Shown piece by piece: positions 38,882-48,227 of a stretch of DNA of 64,000 nucleotides (within the stretch, counting starts at the first letter, position 1; the number at the start of each line of letters is the position of its first letter). The stretch is from an uncultured bacterium (GTDB lineage: Bacteria; Bacteroidota; Bacteroidia; Bacteroidales; CAIXTV01), in assembly GCA_903922465.1 (NCBI GenBank), contig CAIXTV010000054.1:18278-82277 (forward strand), in the 5' to 3' direction. The translations under genes were made by a program, and so were the position numbers. The notes beneath the pieces were generated by a model that was not told where the DNA came from, ran no database searches, and saw only the letters and a list, made by a program, of their open reading frames with translations.

Positions 38882-40260
38882 TTGCTCTACTATCAAAATT
38901 ATTACTTCAAGAACGTGTTTCCATTTTGGGTTTTGGGAAAGAAGGACAATCAAGCTATCAGTATATTAGGAAATACCATCCTGAAAAGAAGCTTTATATT
39001 TCCGATATTAATATTAATTTACTTACTGAAAATCCATACTTAAAAGAGGATAAGAATATTGAAATTATAATTGGAGAAAAATATTTGGATGTTTTAGACA
39101 ATACCGATATTGTGATAAAATCTCCTGGAGTGAATATAAATAGGGATTCAACAGCAATTCCCTGGCATAAAATTCATACCCAGACTTCCCTTTTCCTTTC
39201 AACTTTTCACCATCAAACAATTGGAGTTACAGGAACTAAAGGAAAGAGCACCACTTCTACCCTAATATATCATCTATTGTCCTATTCAGGGCTTCATTCA
39301 ATCCTGCTTGGGAATATTGGAACTCCACCCTTCGACCGAATTGAGGAAATAGGGGAACAAACTACTGTAGTTTTCGAAATGTCAGCTCACCAATTAGAAC
39401 ATTTATGCATTTCGCCCCACATCGCCGTTTTATTAAATCTATTTCAGGAACATCTTGATTATTTTGGGAATATTGACTCTTACTATAAATCAAAACTCAA
39501 CATTGCCAAATACCAGATTGAAGGAGATATTTTTATTTATAATGCTGATGAGGCTTCTATTCAACAATATCTTTCAAATATGGATATAAAAGGGGAAATA
39601 TTTCATATCTCAACAATTGGACTGCCCTCCAATGGAAGCTCCATTGATAAGAATAATAATATCTGCATTTACTTTGAAAATAAGTTGCAGTGGTCACTAA
39701 CCGTCAATCCTAATTGGAATTTGAAAGGAGCTCATAATTTATTTAACATACAAGCTGCAATTATTGCAGCTTTTTGCAGAGGTATAAGTCCTGAATCAAT
39801 TAACAGGGCCCTTACCACCTTTAAAGGTTTGGATCATCGACTCGAATTTGTAGGAGAATATGAAGGTATTATATTTTATAACGACTCCATTGCAACCATT
39901 CCAGAAGCAGTAATTCAAGCAGTTGAAACACTTGAAATTGTGGACACATTAATATTAGGCGGTTTTGACAGAGGAATAGACTATAGCATTTTGGTTGATT
40001 TTCTGAATAATGCAAACATACCCAATCTTATCTTTACTGGAAAAGCAGGTCAACGAATTTTCCAATTGCTAAAAGAAAATACATTAACCTCAAGTCAGAT
40101 GTTTATTTCAGAAAATTATGCTGAAATTGTGGAAATAGCAAAAAAACAAACAAACCCTGGAAGGGTTTGTTTGCTATCGCCCGCAGCAGCAAGCTACGAT
40201 GCTTTTAAAAATTTTGAAGAAAGAGGGAATTACTACAAATCCCTTATAAAAAACACTTAA
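38878..40260 (+). CDS. Mur ligase family, MurD paralogue outside a dcw cluster (MurD2-like UDP-MurNAc-L-Ala--glutamate ligase)
   Basis: GVTGTKGKSTT P-loop, Mur ligase central and C-terminal domains (DHRLEFV, NDSIATIPEA). The N-terminus ILGFGKEGQSSYQY differs from the canonical GLGxSG of MurD. Confidence 0.8.
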   Translation: MIALLSKLLLQERVSILGFGKEGQSSYQYIRKYHPEKKLYISDININLLTENPYLKEDKNIEIIIGEKYLDVLDNTDIVIKSPGVNINRDSTAIPWHKIHTQTSLFLSTFHHQTIGVTGTKGKSTTSTLIYHLLSYSGLHSILLGNIGTPPFDRIEEIGEQTTVVFEMSAHQLEHLCISPHIAVLLNLFQEHLDYFGNIDSYYKSKLNIAKYQIEGDIFIYNADEASIQQYLSNMDIKGEIFHISTIGLPSNGSSIDKNNNICIYFENKLQWSLTVNPNWNLKGAHNLFNIQAAIIAAFCRGISPESINRALTTFKGLDHRLEFVGEYEGIIFYNDSIATIPEAVIQAVETLEIVDTLILGGFDRGIDYSILVDFLNNANIPNLIFTGKAGQRIFQLLKENTLTSSQMFISENYAEIVEIAKKQTNPGRVCLLSPAAASYDAFKNFEERGNYYKSLIKNT

Positions 40261-40490
40261 TCAATAGCCTTTTCTTCTGAGAAAAGCTCTGGAGTTTCTA
40301 ATTTCTTAGTGGTTTTTTTAATTTTCTCAACTACATTTTCAGGAGTTTTCACTTCTTTACCAGTTACTTTATTAGCGTTATCAACCAGTTCCTTTGGTTT
40401 AATGCTATTACTTGGTTTTGCTTTACGACGAACACCTGTAGTGCCTCTATGAATTTTACCTCTCTTTGTTTTGATATCACCTTTTCCCAT
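40257..40490 (-). CDS. 30S ribosomal protein bTHX with a long C-terminal extension
   Basis: MGKGDIKTKRGKIHRGTTGVRRKAKP matches the Thx signature (GKGDxxTxRGKxxxGxxG). Start set at ATG 40490 because a -7 box overlaps the longer ORF start. Confidence 0.75.
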   Translation of the reverse strand: MGKGDIKTKRGKIHRGTTGVRRKAKPSNSIKPKELVDNANKVTGKEVKTPENVVEKIKKTTKKLETPELFSEEKAID

Positions 40491-40526
40491 TGCAATTAAC
40501 TTTTGTTTAATAAATTGATTAAAGCA

Positions 40527-40534
40527 CAAAAGTA
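40527..40534 (-). promoter_or_regulatory. Bacteroidota -7 promoter box (TACTTTTG) for bTHX
   Basis: Exact TAnnTTTG on the minus strand, 36 nt upstream of ATG 40490. Confidence 0.45.
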
Positions 40535-40869
40535 AATATATTTTTCATGCATTTTCATTTTTTATCCATTTGCTTTTTGAATAAGTACATATTGATACTT
40601 CTTAATGGTGTTTATTTTATCATTTACCTAAGAAAGCTTCATAATTGACCCAATTAAAAATTCAATGAAAAACCTTTATTTTTCGAATTGTTCTAATATA
40701 AAGATTTGTTTATTAGCTATATGAGTTACTAGGGGATTTGTTATAGTTTTCATTTCAAAAAACATTAACCATAAAAAAAACCAATTCTAATGTTTTATTC
40801 TTTTGAGTTTATTTGTTTAGAAATTTCTATCTGACAAAATGAAAAGCAAGGAAATTCAGTTGTTTTTTA

Positions 40870-41454
40870 TCAATTTTCATTGCATTTTATCACTTTCTCT
40901 TTGTTTTCCTTTAAGCTATTTTCAGCATTAAATAAAAGACTTTGCAAACTCTGTGTACCTTCATCGAATTGTGACGCTCCATAAGAAAATCTGACTTCAA
41001 ATGATTGTTTTGTAATAGGATAAGTAAAAGTTTTAAGCCGAAAACTCTCCTGAATTTGATTTATTTTTTCAATCGTTGCATTGAAATCGTTAGGGATAAC
41101 AATAACGAATTCATCTCCGAACTTAAATCGAGCAATCTTTGCTCCAAATGGTAATTCTTGCTTCAAAAATTGAACAAATTCCTTTAGAACATAATCTCCA
41201 AAAGCATATCCCTGTGAATTGTAATTGCGAAAACGATCAATATCAATCAAAACAAGAGTGAAGGGGGTGTTTCCTTTTCTGTGTTTTAATAGTATTTTCC
41301 TCATCAAAACACAAAAACCTCTATAATTTTTTATTGAAGTAATTTCATCAGTTTGTGATAAAACAACATAATACCTTAATAAAATAGTCAAAGTGAATAC
41401 TAATAAGCTCAGAATACCAATTAAGTAGTACAACACGGAATTAATACACATCAT
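40870..41454 (-). CDS. Minimal membrane-anchored GGDEF-domain protein with degenerate active site (FGDEF)
   Basis: One N-terminal TM helix, then the GGDEF-domain blocks DEITSIKNYRGF, LIDIDRFRNYNSQGYAFGD, RFKFGDEFVIVIP and SYGAS. No RxxD I-site and no sensor domain. Confidence 0.7.
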   Translation of the reverse strand: MMCINSVLYYLIGILSLLVFTLTILLRYYVVLSQTDEITSIKNYRGFCVLMRKILLKHRKGNTPFTLVLIDIDRFRNYNSQGYAFGDYVLKEFVQFLKQELPFGAKIARFKFGDEFVIVIPNDFNATIEKINQIQESFRLKTFTYPITKQSFEVRFSYGASQFDEGTQSLQSLLFNAENSLKENKEKVIKCNEN

Positions 41455-41621
41455 TTTACAATTTAAATATTGGTATAAAAAAGATTATTGCAAAAGTGAA
41501 TTATCAAATAAAACCATAAACACCGATTTACATACTCAGTCCGTCTATCCAAGACAATTTAAGTTTGGACATAAATACATTAAGGTCGATTTCTGGATTA
41601 TATCAATTATATTTAGCTTTA

Positions 41622-43046
41622 TTATTTATTTCTTTTGCGTAAAGGATATTCTTTTTTCTGAAGATAATCGTAACGGAGATTCCGACCTGGCTGGTAACAA
41701 AGTGCAAGAATAGAATCTTGGGCCTCTTTTATAGAACTGTATTCAGCAAAATCCAATGTTCTTATAATGGCTTCAAAAACCCTTATAGCACCAGAGTGGT
41801 CAGCTATTAGGATTCTTTTTCCTAAATTCCGATTTAACAAATCGACAAAGCTAAAAGCTATTCGCCAATCTGCTTCAATTAGAGTTTCTCCTTCAGGGAA
41901 GTGATAAAAACGGTTTTTAAACATTTTTGACACTTTCGATTTAAGTTCAGGAGTGATTTCTTTTCCTCCACTATAAATCTTAGTAGCCTCTTCAATAATT
42001 TCGTTTTTAAAACGGAAAGTTAAAGCTCCATATTTCTGAGAATTCAAGCCAAAAATTGCATTAAAGGACATGTTGGTGTATCCAGATTCCTGTAAGAAGT
42101 AACGTGCTGTTTGTTCAGTGTTTTCTGATTCGCTTCCATAAACTTGAATTGGAGCATCTTTTGACCATAGCCACAAAGGATATCCACTTTTGTCGAGAGT
42201 ATCCACTGCAACCTTAAAATCCTTTCCTAATTCTCTTGCAGTGGCAATACCATCTTCATTTAAGAAATTACTTTGTGAGCCAGAAATCCTACGGTTTTTA
42301 TCCCAAGTATCCCAATAGCCAGAACCAACAAATTCAGGGTTCTCACCTCCCGATTCGTGAATGGATTTTCCATGGCGAATCATAATGACGTGGGTTTGAT
42401 TCATGGGAACATATGCCTGAGGAAACATTGGTAAGGCTTTTTCATTTGATAACCAAACAATTCCTTCATTCATAATTAAACCACTTCCATCTTCAAGCAT
42501 TCTTCCCGAAATACGTCTTGTGCCATCCGGATTGGTCGCCATATCATCAGCTAAGATAAGTTTAGACCTATAGCGCGTCATTGTAGAACCAATTGGAGGA
42601 ATGTTTTGTGGGCACAACACATCACTAAATTTACTTATACTAAACCTCTGCAATAATAATCGGCGAAAACTATCATTTTTAATTAAACCATTCCATGCCA
42701 AATAAAATAATTTTTGGTCGGCATTAGGAATTCTGTGACGTATGAATTCATATTTACTTTTAATATAATTTTGAGGAGACATGTCTTTCTCCAAAGTATC
42801 GATGAAAAAATAAATATCCTTACTTATCATTTTAAGTTTATTCACAAAATCATTAGTAACATCTAATGCATCTAATTTTAATTTATTACCATAAACTAAT
42901 TTCAAAAAGGCGACATCATTTTTCACACTTTCAACGGTGTGGCAATTGTGAAATTCAGAATGTTCACGACGAGAGAAAACTTTATGATGGTTTCCTATTG
43001 GGCTGATTCCTGATTTATCTTTATTTTCTTTTTCACTTTCTTTCAT
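41622..43046 (-). CDS. Two-domain protein: unknown N-terminal domain (about 210 aa) plus histidine-phosphatase (PGM branch) domain
   Basis: VIMIRHGKS (RHG catalytic motif), SENTEQTA and ADHSGAIR (second catalytic His). The N-terminal half has no motif I recognise. Confidence 0.6.
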   Translation of the reverse strand: MKESEKENKDKSGISPIGNHHKVFSRREHSEFHNCHTVESVKNDVAFLKLVYGNKLKLDALDVTNDFVNKLKMISKDIYFFIDTLEKDMSPQNYIKSKYEFIRHRIPNADQKLFYLAWNGLIKNDSFRRLLLQRFSISKFSDVLCPQNIPPIGSTMTRYRSKLILADDMATNPDGTRRISGRMLEDGSGLIMNEGIVWLSNEKALPMFPQAYVPMNQTHVIMIRHGKSIHESGGENPEFVGSGYWDTWDKNRRISGSQSNFLNEDGIATARELGKDFKVAVDTLDKSGYPLWLWSKDAPIQVYGSESENTEQTARYFLQESGYTNMSFNAIFGLNSQKYGALTFRFKNEIIEEATKIYSGGKEITPELKSKVSKMFKNRFYHFPEGETLIEADWRIAFSFVDLLNRNLGKRILIADHSGAIRVFEAIIRTLDFAEYSSIKEAQDSILALCYQPGRNLRYDYLQKKEYPLRKRNK

Positions 43047-43095
43047 ATTAATATCATTACGTTTACATTATATTTTAAAGAGGAGACAAAATTAA

Positions 43096-43136
43096 GTAAA
43101 AATGAGGCTGCCTCAAAGAAAAAGACAGCCTCATTT
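43096..43136 (-). terminator. Rho-independent terminator after infB
   Basis: AAATGAGGCTG / CAGCCTCATTT perfect 11-bp stem, with a T-run on the minus strand. Confidence 0.8.
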
Positions 43137-43158
43137 GAAAATTTAATTTTTACGAATA

Positions 43159-46100
43159 CTATAACTTACGGCGTGTTTCAATTTGTTCGTATCCTTCAAT
43201 TATATCGCCAATTTTTATATCGTTAAAACTTTCGATATTTAGACCGCATTCCATACCAACATTTACTTCTTTTGCATCATCTTTGAATCTTTTAAGAGAG
43301 CCTAATTTTCCAGTATAAATTACGATACCATCTCTGATAAGTCTAATTTTTGTATTACGGGTAATCTTACCATCAAGCACCATACATCCTGCAATTGCTC
43401 CAACTTTAGTTATACGGAAAACTTCACGTACCTCGATATTGCAAAGAATCTTTTCTTCAATATCTGGTGACAACATGCCTTCAATAGCTAATTTAATTTC
43501 GTTAATCGCATTATAGATAATTGAATATAATCGAATGTCGATTTGTTCCTGCTCAGCAAGTTTACGTGCACTTGGAGAAGGACGCACCTGGAATCCAACA
43601 ATAATAGCATTAGAAGCCGAAGCAAGTAAAACATCCGACTCAGTAACCTGACCGACTGATTTATGAATTACATTCAACTGTACTTCAGGTGAAGAAAGTT
43701 TGAGCAAGGAATCAGACAAAGCTTCTATTGATCCATCAACATCACCTTTTACAATAATGTTTAGTTCTTTAAAGTCACCAATTGCAATACGACGTCCAAT
43801 TTCATCAAGTGTGATGTGTTTTTGTGTTCGTAGACCTTGTTCGCGAATAAGCTGTTGACGTTTTGTTGCAAGAGATTTAACTTGTTGCTCATCTCTCATA
43901 ACTTTAAATGTATCCCCTGCCTGAGGTGCATCATTTAAACCTAGTAATAATACTGGAGCAGAAGGTCCGGCCTGTTTGATTGGCTGATTCCTCTCATTAT
44001 ACATAGCTTTCACTTTTCCGTAGCAAGAACCTGCCAAAACCATGTCGCCCATCTTAAGGGTTCCGTTTTGAACCAATAATTTGACCACATAGCCTCTTCC
44101 TTTGTCGAGCGAGGACTCGATTACTGTTCCAACGGCTAAACGGTCGGGATTTGCCATAACTTCTAATAGTTCTGCTTCGAGAAGTACTTTCTCGAGCAAT
44201 AGTTCAATATTAACCCCTTTCTTAGCAGAGATTTCCTGGCTTTGATATTTACCACCCCAATCTTCAACTAAAATATTCAAATTAGATAATCCTTCTTTTA
44301 TTTTTTCGACATTGGCATTGGCCTTGTCAATTTTATTAATTGCAAAAACCATTGGAACACCAGCAGCCTGTGCATGATTAATAGCTTCAATTGTTTGAGG
44401 CATTATTGAATCATCAGCTGCTACAACAATAATTACCAAGTCAGTAACTTTTGCTCCTCTGGCACGCATAGCAGTAAATGCTTCGTGACCAGGAGTATCT
44501 AAAAATGTAATTTGCTTTCCATTTTGAAGTGTTACTTCGTAAGCTCCAATATGTTGTGTTATACCCCCTGCTTCTCCTGCAATTACATTGGTATTACGAA
44601 TATAATCGAGTAGTGATGTTTTACCGTGGTCAACGTGTCCCATAACGGTAACAATAGGCGCTCTTGGTAAAAGATCTTTTGGATCATCAGCTTCCTCGGC
44701 TTCGTCCTGCTGAGAATCGGCGGTAACAAATTGAACTTTAAAGCCATATTCCTCTGTAAGCAAAGCTATCGTTTCGGCATCCAATCGTTGGTTGATAGAA
44801 ACAAAAAGTCCTAAACTTAAACAGGTAGAAATAATTTGATTTACCTGAACATTCATTAAGGTAGCTAATTCATTAGCAGTAAGAAACTCGGTAACTTTTA
44901 ATGTTGATTTATCTTGTTCGAGTTGATCAAGGTCATCCTGATGAAGTTGGCTTACCATATCGCGTTTAATCCTACGATATTTCGATGCTTTCGATTTACC
45001 TGATGGACTTAGACGGGCAAGTGTTTCTTTAATTTGTTTATCGATTTCATCGCTGGTATATTCCGATTTTTCTTTTTTAACGAATCTGCCTTTTTTATCA
45101 TCCACTTTTGGTTTAACCGTAAGAGGTGGTTTAGGAGTAGTAACCGTTTTTGCAGGAACAGGAATGTCTGATTGTATGCGTTTGCGCTTCTTCTTTTTCG
45201 ATTTATTTCTTTCTTCTGAAGAAGTAGCATCGGGTTTACGAGTAGGATCTTTTGGAATGGGTAAGTCCATCCGACCTAATATCTTTGGACCGTCTAATTT
45301 ATTGAATTTTGTTTTAATAAAATTATATGGTTTCGGAACTAATGGAACTTCTGGAACTTCTACTATTGCTATAGGTTCTTCAGGAAGTTTCTCAGGGATA
45401 ATAATTTCTTCAGGAATGGAAACTTCAGGAACAGAAACTTCAGGTGCTTTCTTTAGTTTTGGTTTTGCTTTTTCTAAAGCTTCTTTAACCCTTTTTTCTT
45501 CTTTTTCAGTGAATAATTCTTCTTTCGACTTCTTTGAAGGTTTTGTCTTCTGGTTGAGCATTGACAAATCCATTTTGCCCACAATATTGGGTTGATCAAT
45601 TTTTATTTGATCAATTTGGGTAATATATTCGTTTGTGTTTTCAAACTCTATAACTTCCTCTTTCAAGGGTTTTTCTTCAACAGGAGGAGCAGGTGGTTCA
45701 ATTTCAATGACAGGTTCAACTACAACTGGCGCAACCACAACAGGTTCAACAATTACAGGTTCAGGCTCAACAACTACAACAGGAGGCTTTACTATAGGTT
45801 TGGGATCAAGGTCGATTTTCCCAAGCACTTTAGGTCCGGCATGTTTTTCAATTTCAATTCTTTCGATTTGAGGTGGAGCTTTATGCTCTTTTTCAATAAC
45901 AGTGCTTTTGATGTTGAGTTCTGGAAGTTCAGGCTCAATTTTAACTTCTTTGGGTTCTTCTTGCTTGTTAGCAATAGAAATTGTTTCGTGAGGAACATCG
46001 ATGAGTACCTTACCCGCAGATTCTTTTACGTTTTTTTCTGACTGATATTCCTTTGCAATCAACGCGTATTGTTCTGGAGAAATCTTTGTGTTCGGGCTTG

Positions 46101-46206
46101 GATCGACTTTATGCCCCTTTTTTGCAAGAAATTCAACTATGGTATTTATTCCAATATTGAATTCTCTTGCGATTTGACCCAGTCGTTTGATCTTGTCTTC
46201 TGACAT
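43159..46206 (-). CDS. infB: Translation initiation factor IF-2
   Basis: 1015 aa. GHVDHGKTSLLD, DTPGH and NKID GTPase motifs. Low-complexity P/V/E/K-rich N-terminal region. Confidence 0.97.
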   Translation of the reverse strand: MSEDKIKRLGQIAREFNIGINTIVEFLAKKGHKVDPSPNTKISPEQYALIAKEYQSEKNVKESAGKVLIDVPHETISIANKQEEPKEVKIEPELPELNIKSTVIEKEHKAPPQIERIEIEKHAGPKVLGKIDLDPKPIVKPPVVVVEPEPVIVEPVVVAPVVVEPVIEIEPPAPPVEEKPLKEEVIEFENTNEYITQIDQIKIDQPNIVGKMDLSMLNQKTKPSKKSKEELFTEKEEKRVKEALEKAKPKLKKAPEVSVPEVSIPEEIIIPEKLPEEPIAIVEVPEVPLVPKPYNFIKTKFNKLDGPKILGRMDLPIPKDPTRKPDATSSEERNKSKKKKRKRIQSDIPVPAKTVTTPKPPLTVKPKVDDKKGRFVKKEKSEYTSDEIDKQIKETLARLSPSGKSKASKYRRIKRDMVSQLHQDDLDQLEQDKSTLKVTEFLTANELATLMNVQVNQIISTCLSLGLFVSINQRLDAETIALLTEEYGFKVQFVTADSQQDEAEEADDPKDLLPRAPIVTVMGHVDHGKTSLLDYIRNTNVIAGEAGGITQHIGAYEVTLQNGKQITFLDTPGHEAFTAMRARGAKVTDLVIIVVAADDSIMPQTIEAINHAQAAGVPMVFAINKIDKANANVEKIKEGLSNLNILVEDWGGKYQSQEISAKKGVNIELLLEKVLLEAELLEVMANPDRLAVGTVIESSLDKGRGYVVKLLVQNGTLKMGDMVLAGSCYGKVKAMYNERNQPIKQAGPSAPVLLLGLNDAPQAGDTFKVMRDEQQVKSLATKRQQLIREQGLRTQKHITLDEIGRRIAIGDFKELNIIVKGDVDGSIEALSDSLLKLSSPEVQLNVIHKSVGQVTESDVLLASASNAIIVGFQVRPSPSARKLAEQEQIDIRLYSIIYNAINEIKLAIEGMLSPDIEEKILCNIEVREVFRITKVGAIAGCMVLDGKITRNTKIRLIRDGIVIYTGKLGSLKRFKDDAKEVNVGMECGLNIESFNDIKIGDIIEGYEQIETRRKL

Positions 46207-46254
46207 GTTGACGGTTTTGTTGATATTGTTGTTTATATGTTTGAGACCTTGAAA

Positions 46255-47490
46255 TTATTCAAATTCTGATTTCAAAATACGAATGATTTCTTTTATGGTT
46301 TCCTCTTCAAGATCCGTACGTTTAACCAATTCGTCAATGCTTAGATCCAGAACACTTTTTGCGGTATCACAACCTATTCCTTTCAGAATGTCAATAATCC
46401 ATTGATCGATTTCATCTGAGAATTCGTTCAAATCAACATCTTCTTCATCAATTTCGCTTTCGCGGAAAACGTCAATTTCATAACCGGTAAGTTTTGCAGC
46501 CAGTTTTATATTATATCCGCCCTTGCCAATGGCTAATGAAACCTGATCGGGTTTCATAAACACTTCGGCTCGTTTGGTTTCTTCGTCTATTTTTATAGAA
46601 ATAATTTTTGCGGGGCTTAATGAACGGGTAATATATAGTGATGGATTGGTTGTATAGTTAATCACATCGATATTTTCGTTTCTGAGTTCCCTAACAATTC
46701 CGTGAATTCGCGATCCCTTCATTCCAACACAGGCGCCAACTGGGTCGATGCGGTCGTCGTAGGATTCAACTGCTATTTTTGCTCTTTCGCCTGGGATGCG
46801 AACAATATTTTTTATGGTAATCAAACCATCGAACACTTCGGGAACTTCGGCTTCGAACAAACGTTCGAGGAAGGTTGGAGAGGTACGTGAAATAATGATT
46901 TGAGGAGTACCGTTGCGCATTTCAACTTTCGTAACAACTGCTCTTACGGTATCACCTTTACGGAAGAAATCGCTAGGGATTTGTTCTGATTTGGGTAATA
47001 TGAGTTCGATATTCTCGTCGTCAAGCACAAGAATTTCTTTTTTCCATACTTGATATACTTCGCCTATAACATTTTCGCCAACCTTTTTGCTGTACTTGGT
47101 GTGTATTAATCCTTTTTCGAAATCGCTTACTTTTGAAATAAGCACCTGACGAATTGATAGTATTTCTCTTCTTCCGAAATCTTTCAGAAAAAGTTGTTCA
47201 TTTACTTCTTCACCAATTTCAAAGTCGGGTTCTAATTTAATGGCGTCGGTATAGGCTATTTGTTTGTTTTCGTCTTCAACTTCTCCGTCTTCAACTATTT
47301 CGCGATATCGCCATATTTCGAGGTCTCCCTTATCGATATTAACGGTGATGTCGAAATTCTCGTCAGTGCCATATTTTTTAATAATCATATGCCTGAAAAC
47401 ATCTTCGAGAATTTTCATCATCGTTTCCCTATCGATGTTTTTATATTCCTTAAACTCGGAAAAAGGTTCAACTAAATTTAAATTGTCCAT
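46255..47490 (-). CDS. nusA: Transcription termination/antitermination factor NusA
   Basis: 411 aa. S1 and KH domains (GACVGMKGSRI, AIGKGGYNIKLA). rimP-nusA-infB order. Confidence 0.97.
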   Translation of the reverse strand: MDNLNLVEPFSEFKEYKNIDRETMMKILEDVFRHMIIKKYGTDENFDITVNIDKGDLEIWRYREIVEDGEVEDENKQIAYTDAIKLEPDFEIGEEVNEQLFLKDFGRREILSIRQVLISKVSDFEKGLIHTKYSKKVGENVIGEVYQVWKKEILVLDDENIELILPKSEQIPSDFFRKGDTVRAVVTKVEMRNGTPQIIISRTSPTFLERLFEAEVPEVFDGLITIKNIVRIPGERAKIAVESYDDRIDPVGACVGMKGSRIHGIVRELRNENIDVINYTTNPSLYITRSLSPAKIISIKIDEETKRAEVFMKPDQVSLAIGKGGYNIKLAAKLTGYEIDVFRESEIDEEDVDLNEFSDEIDQWIIDILKGIGCDTAKSVLDLSIDELVKRTDLEEETIKEIIRILKSEFE

Positions 47491-47503
47491 CGTTTGTGTT
47501 TAA

Positions 47504-47965
47504 TTATTCGCTGCTTGTAAAGAGTATTTTGATTTTTGTTTCATTAATTTCGCCAAAGGGGATAATAATGTTGACAAGGGGGGTTTTAGTTTTCTTTTTC
47601 AGGGGTATGGGTTTAAGTTCGATGTGATTTTCGTCGGCCTTCAGTAGGGTTCCTGAATGTTTTATGCCGTTTTTTAGTTTCACATCTATGTCTTTGCCAA
47701 GGTTTTTTGTGTATTGGCGAAGTAGTTTTAAGGGTTGGTCTAAACCAGCCGACGAAACATTAAGTTCGAAGTCATCTTCGTCGCGATTGAGTTTATGTTC
47801 TACATAGCGACTTAACTGTATGCAATCGTCAATGAGGATTTGCGTATCGCTATCGATGAAAACCATTATCTGATTCGATGGTTTTACGGTACATTCGACC
47901 AAAAACTTATCGCTACCGCTTAGGTTTTCGTTTATCAGACTTTCTATTTTTGCTTTATTCAACAT
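47504..47965 (-). CDS. rimP: Ribosome maturation factor RimP
   Basis: 153 aa immediately upstream of nusA. Typical RimP layout. Confidence 0.9.
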   Translation of the reverse strand: MLNKAKIESLINENLSGSDKFLVECTVKPSNQIMVFIDSDTQILIDDCIQLSRYVEHKLNRDEDDFELNVSSAGLDQPLKLLRQYTKNLGKDIDVKLKNGIKHSGTLLKADENHIELKPIPLKKKTKTPLVNIIIPFGEINETKIKILFTSSE

Positions 47966-48025
47966 GTGTTTAGTATAAAAGACAAGGGGACTCTCGTCCC
48001 CCCATTATTCACTTCTATTCGGTTG

Positions 48026-48033
48026 CAAATATA
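48026..48033 (-). promoter_or_regulatory. Bacteroidota -7 promoter box (TATATTTG) for rimP-nusA-infB
   Basis: Exact TAnnTTTG on the minus strand, 60 nt upstream of ATG 47965. The predicted leader contains a GGGGAC/GTCCCC hairpin. Confidence 0.45.
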
Positions 48034-48227
48034 CAACTTAATTGATAATTACATCATATTTCTTTTAAAAATAATATTTCTTTTCCGGTGTTCTGCATAT
48101 TTTAGTGGGCTTTTGTCGATATTCCATTTAAACAGCGCCCCTTGATGAATTTTATTTTAACGGCTAAATTATCATTATTTCGATGAAAATGCGAGGCAAT
48201 TATGTGATTATCAGGAAAGAAATTCCA

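Noticed and set aside
45164-46041. Plus-strand ORFs antisense to infB (45164-45595, 45592-46041, 45635-45871) and the alternate-frame same-strand (minus) ORFs within infB (45009-45230, 45792-45998)
   Set aside because: These are shadow ORFs within the low-complexity P/V/E/K-rich N-terminal region of IF-2. Their composition (G/S/T or N/F/R runs) reflects the infB low-complexity repeats read in another frame or on the opposite strand.
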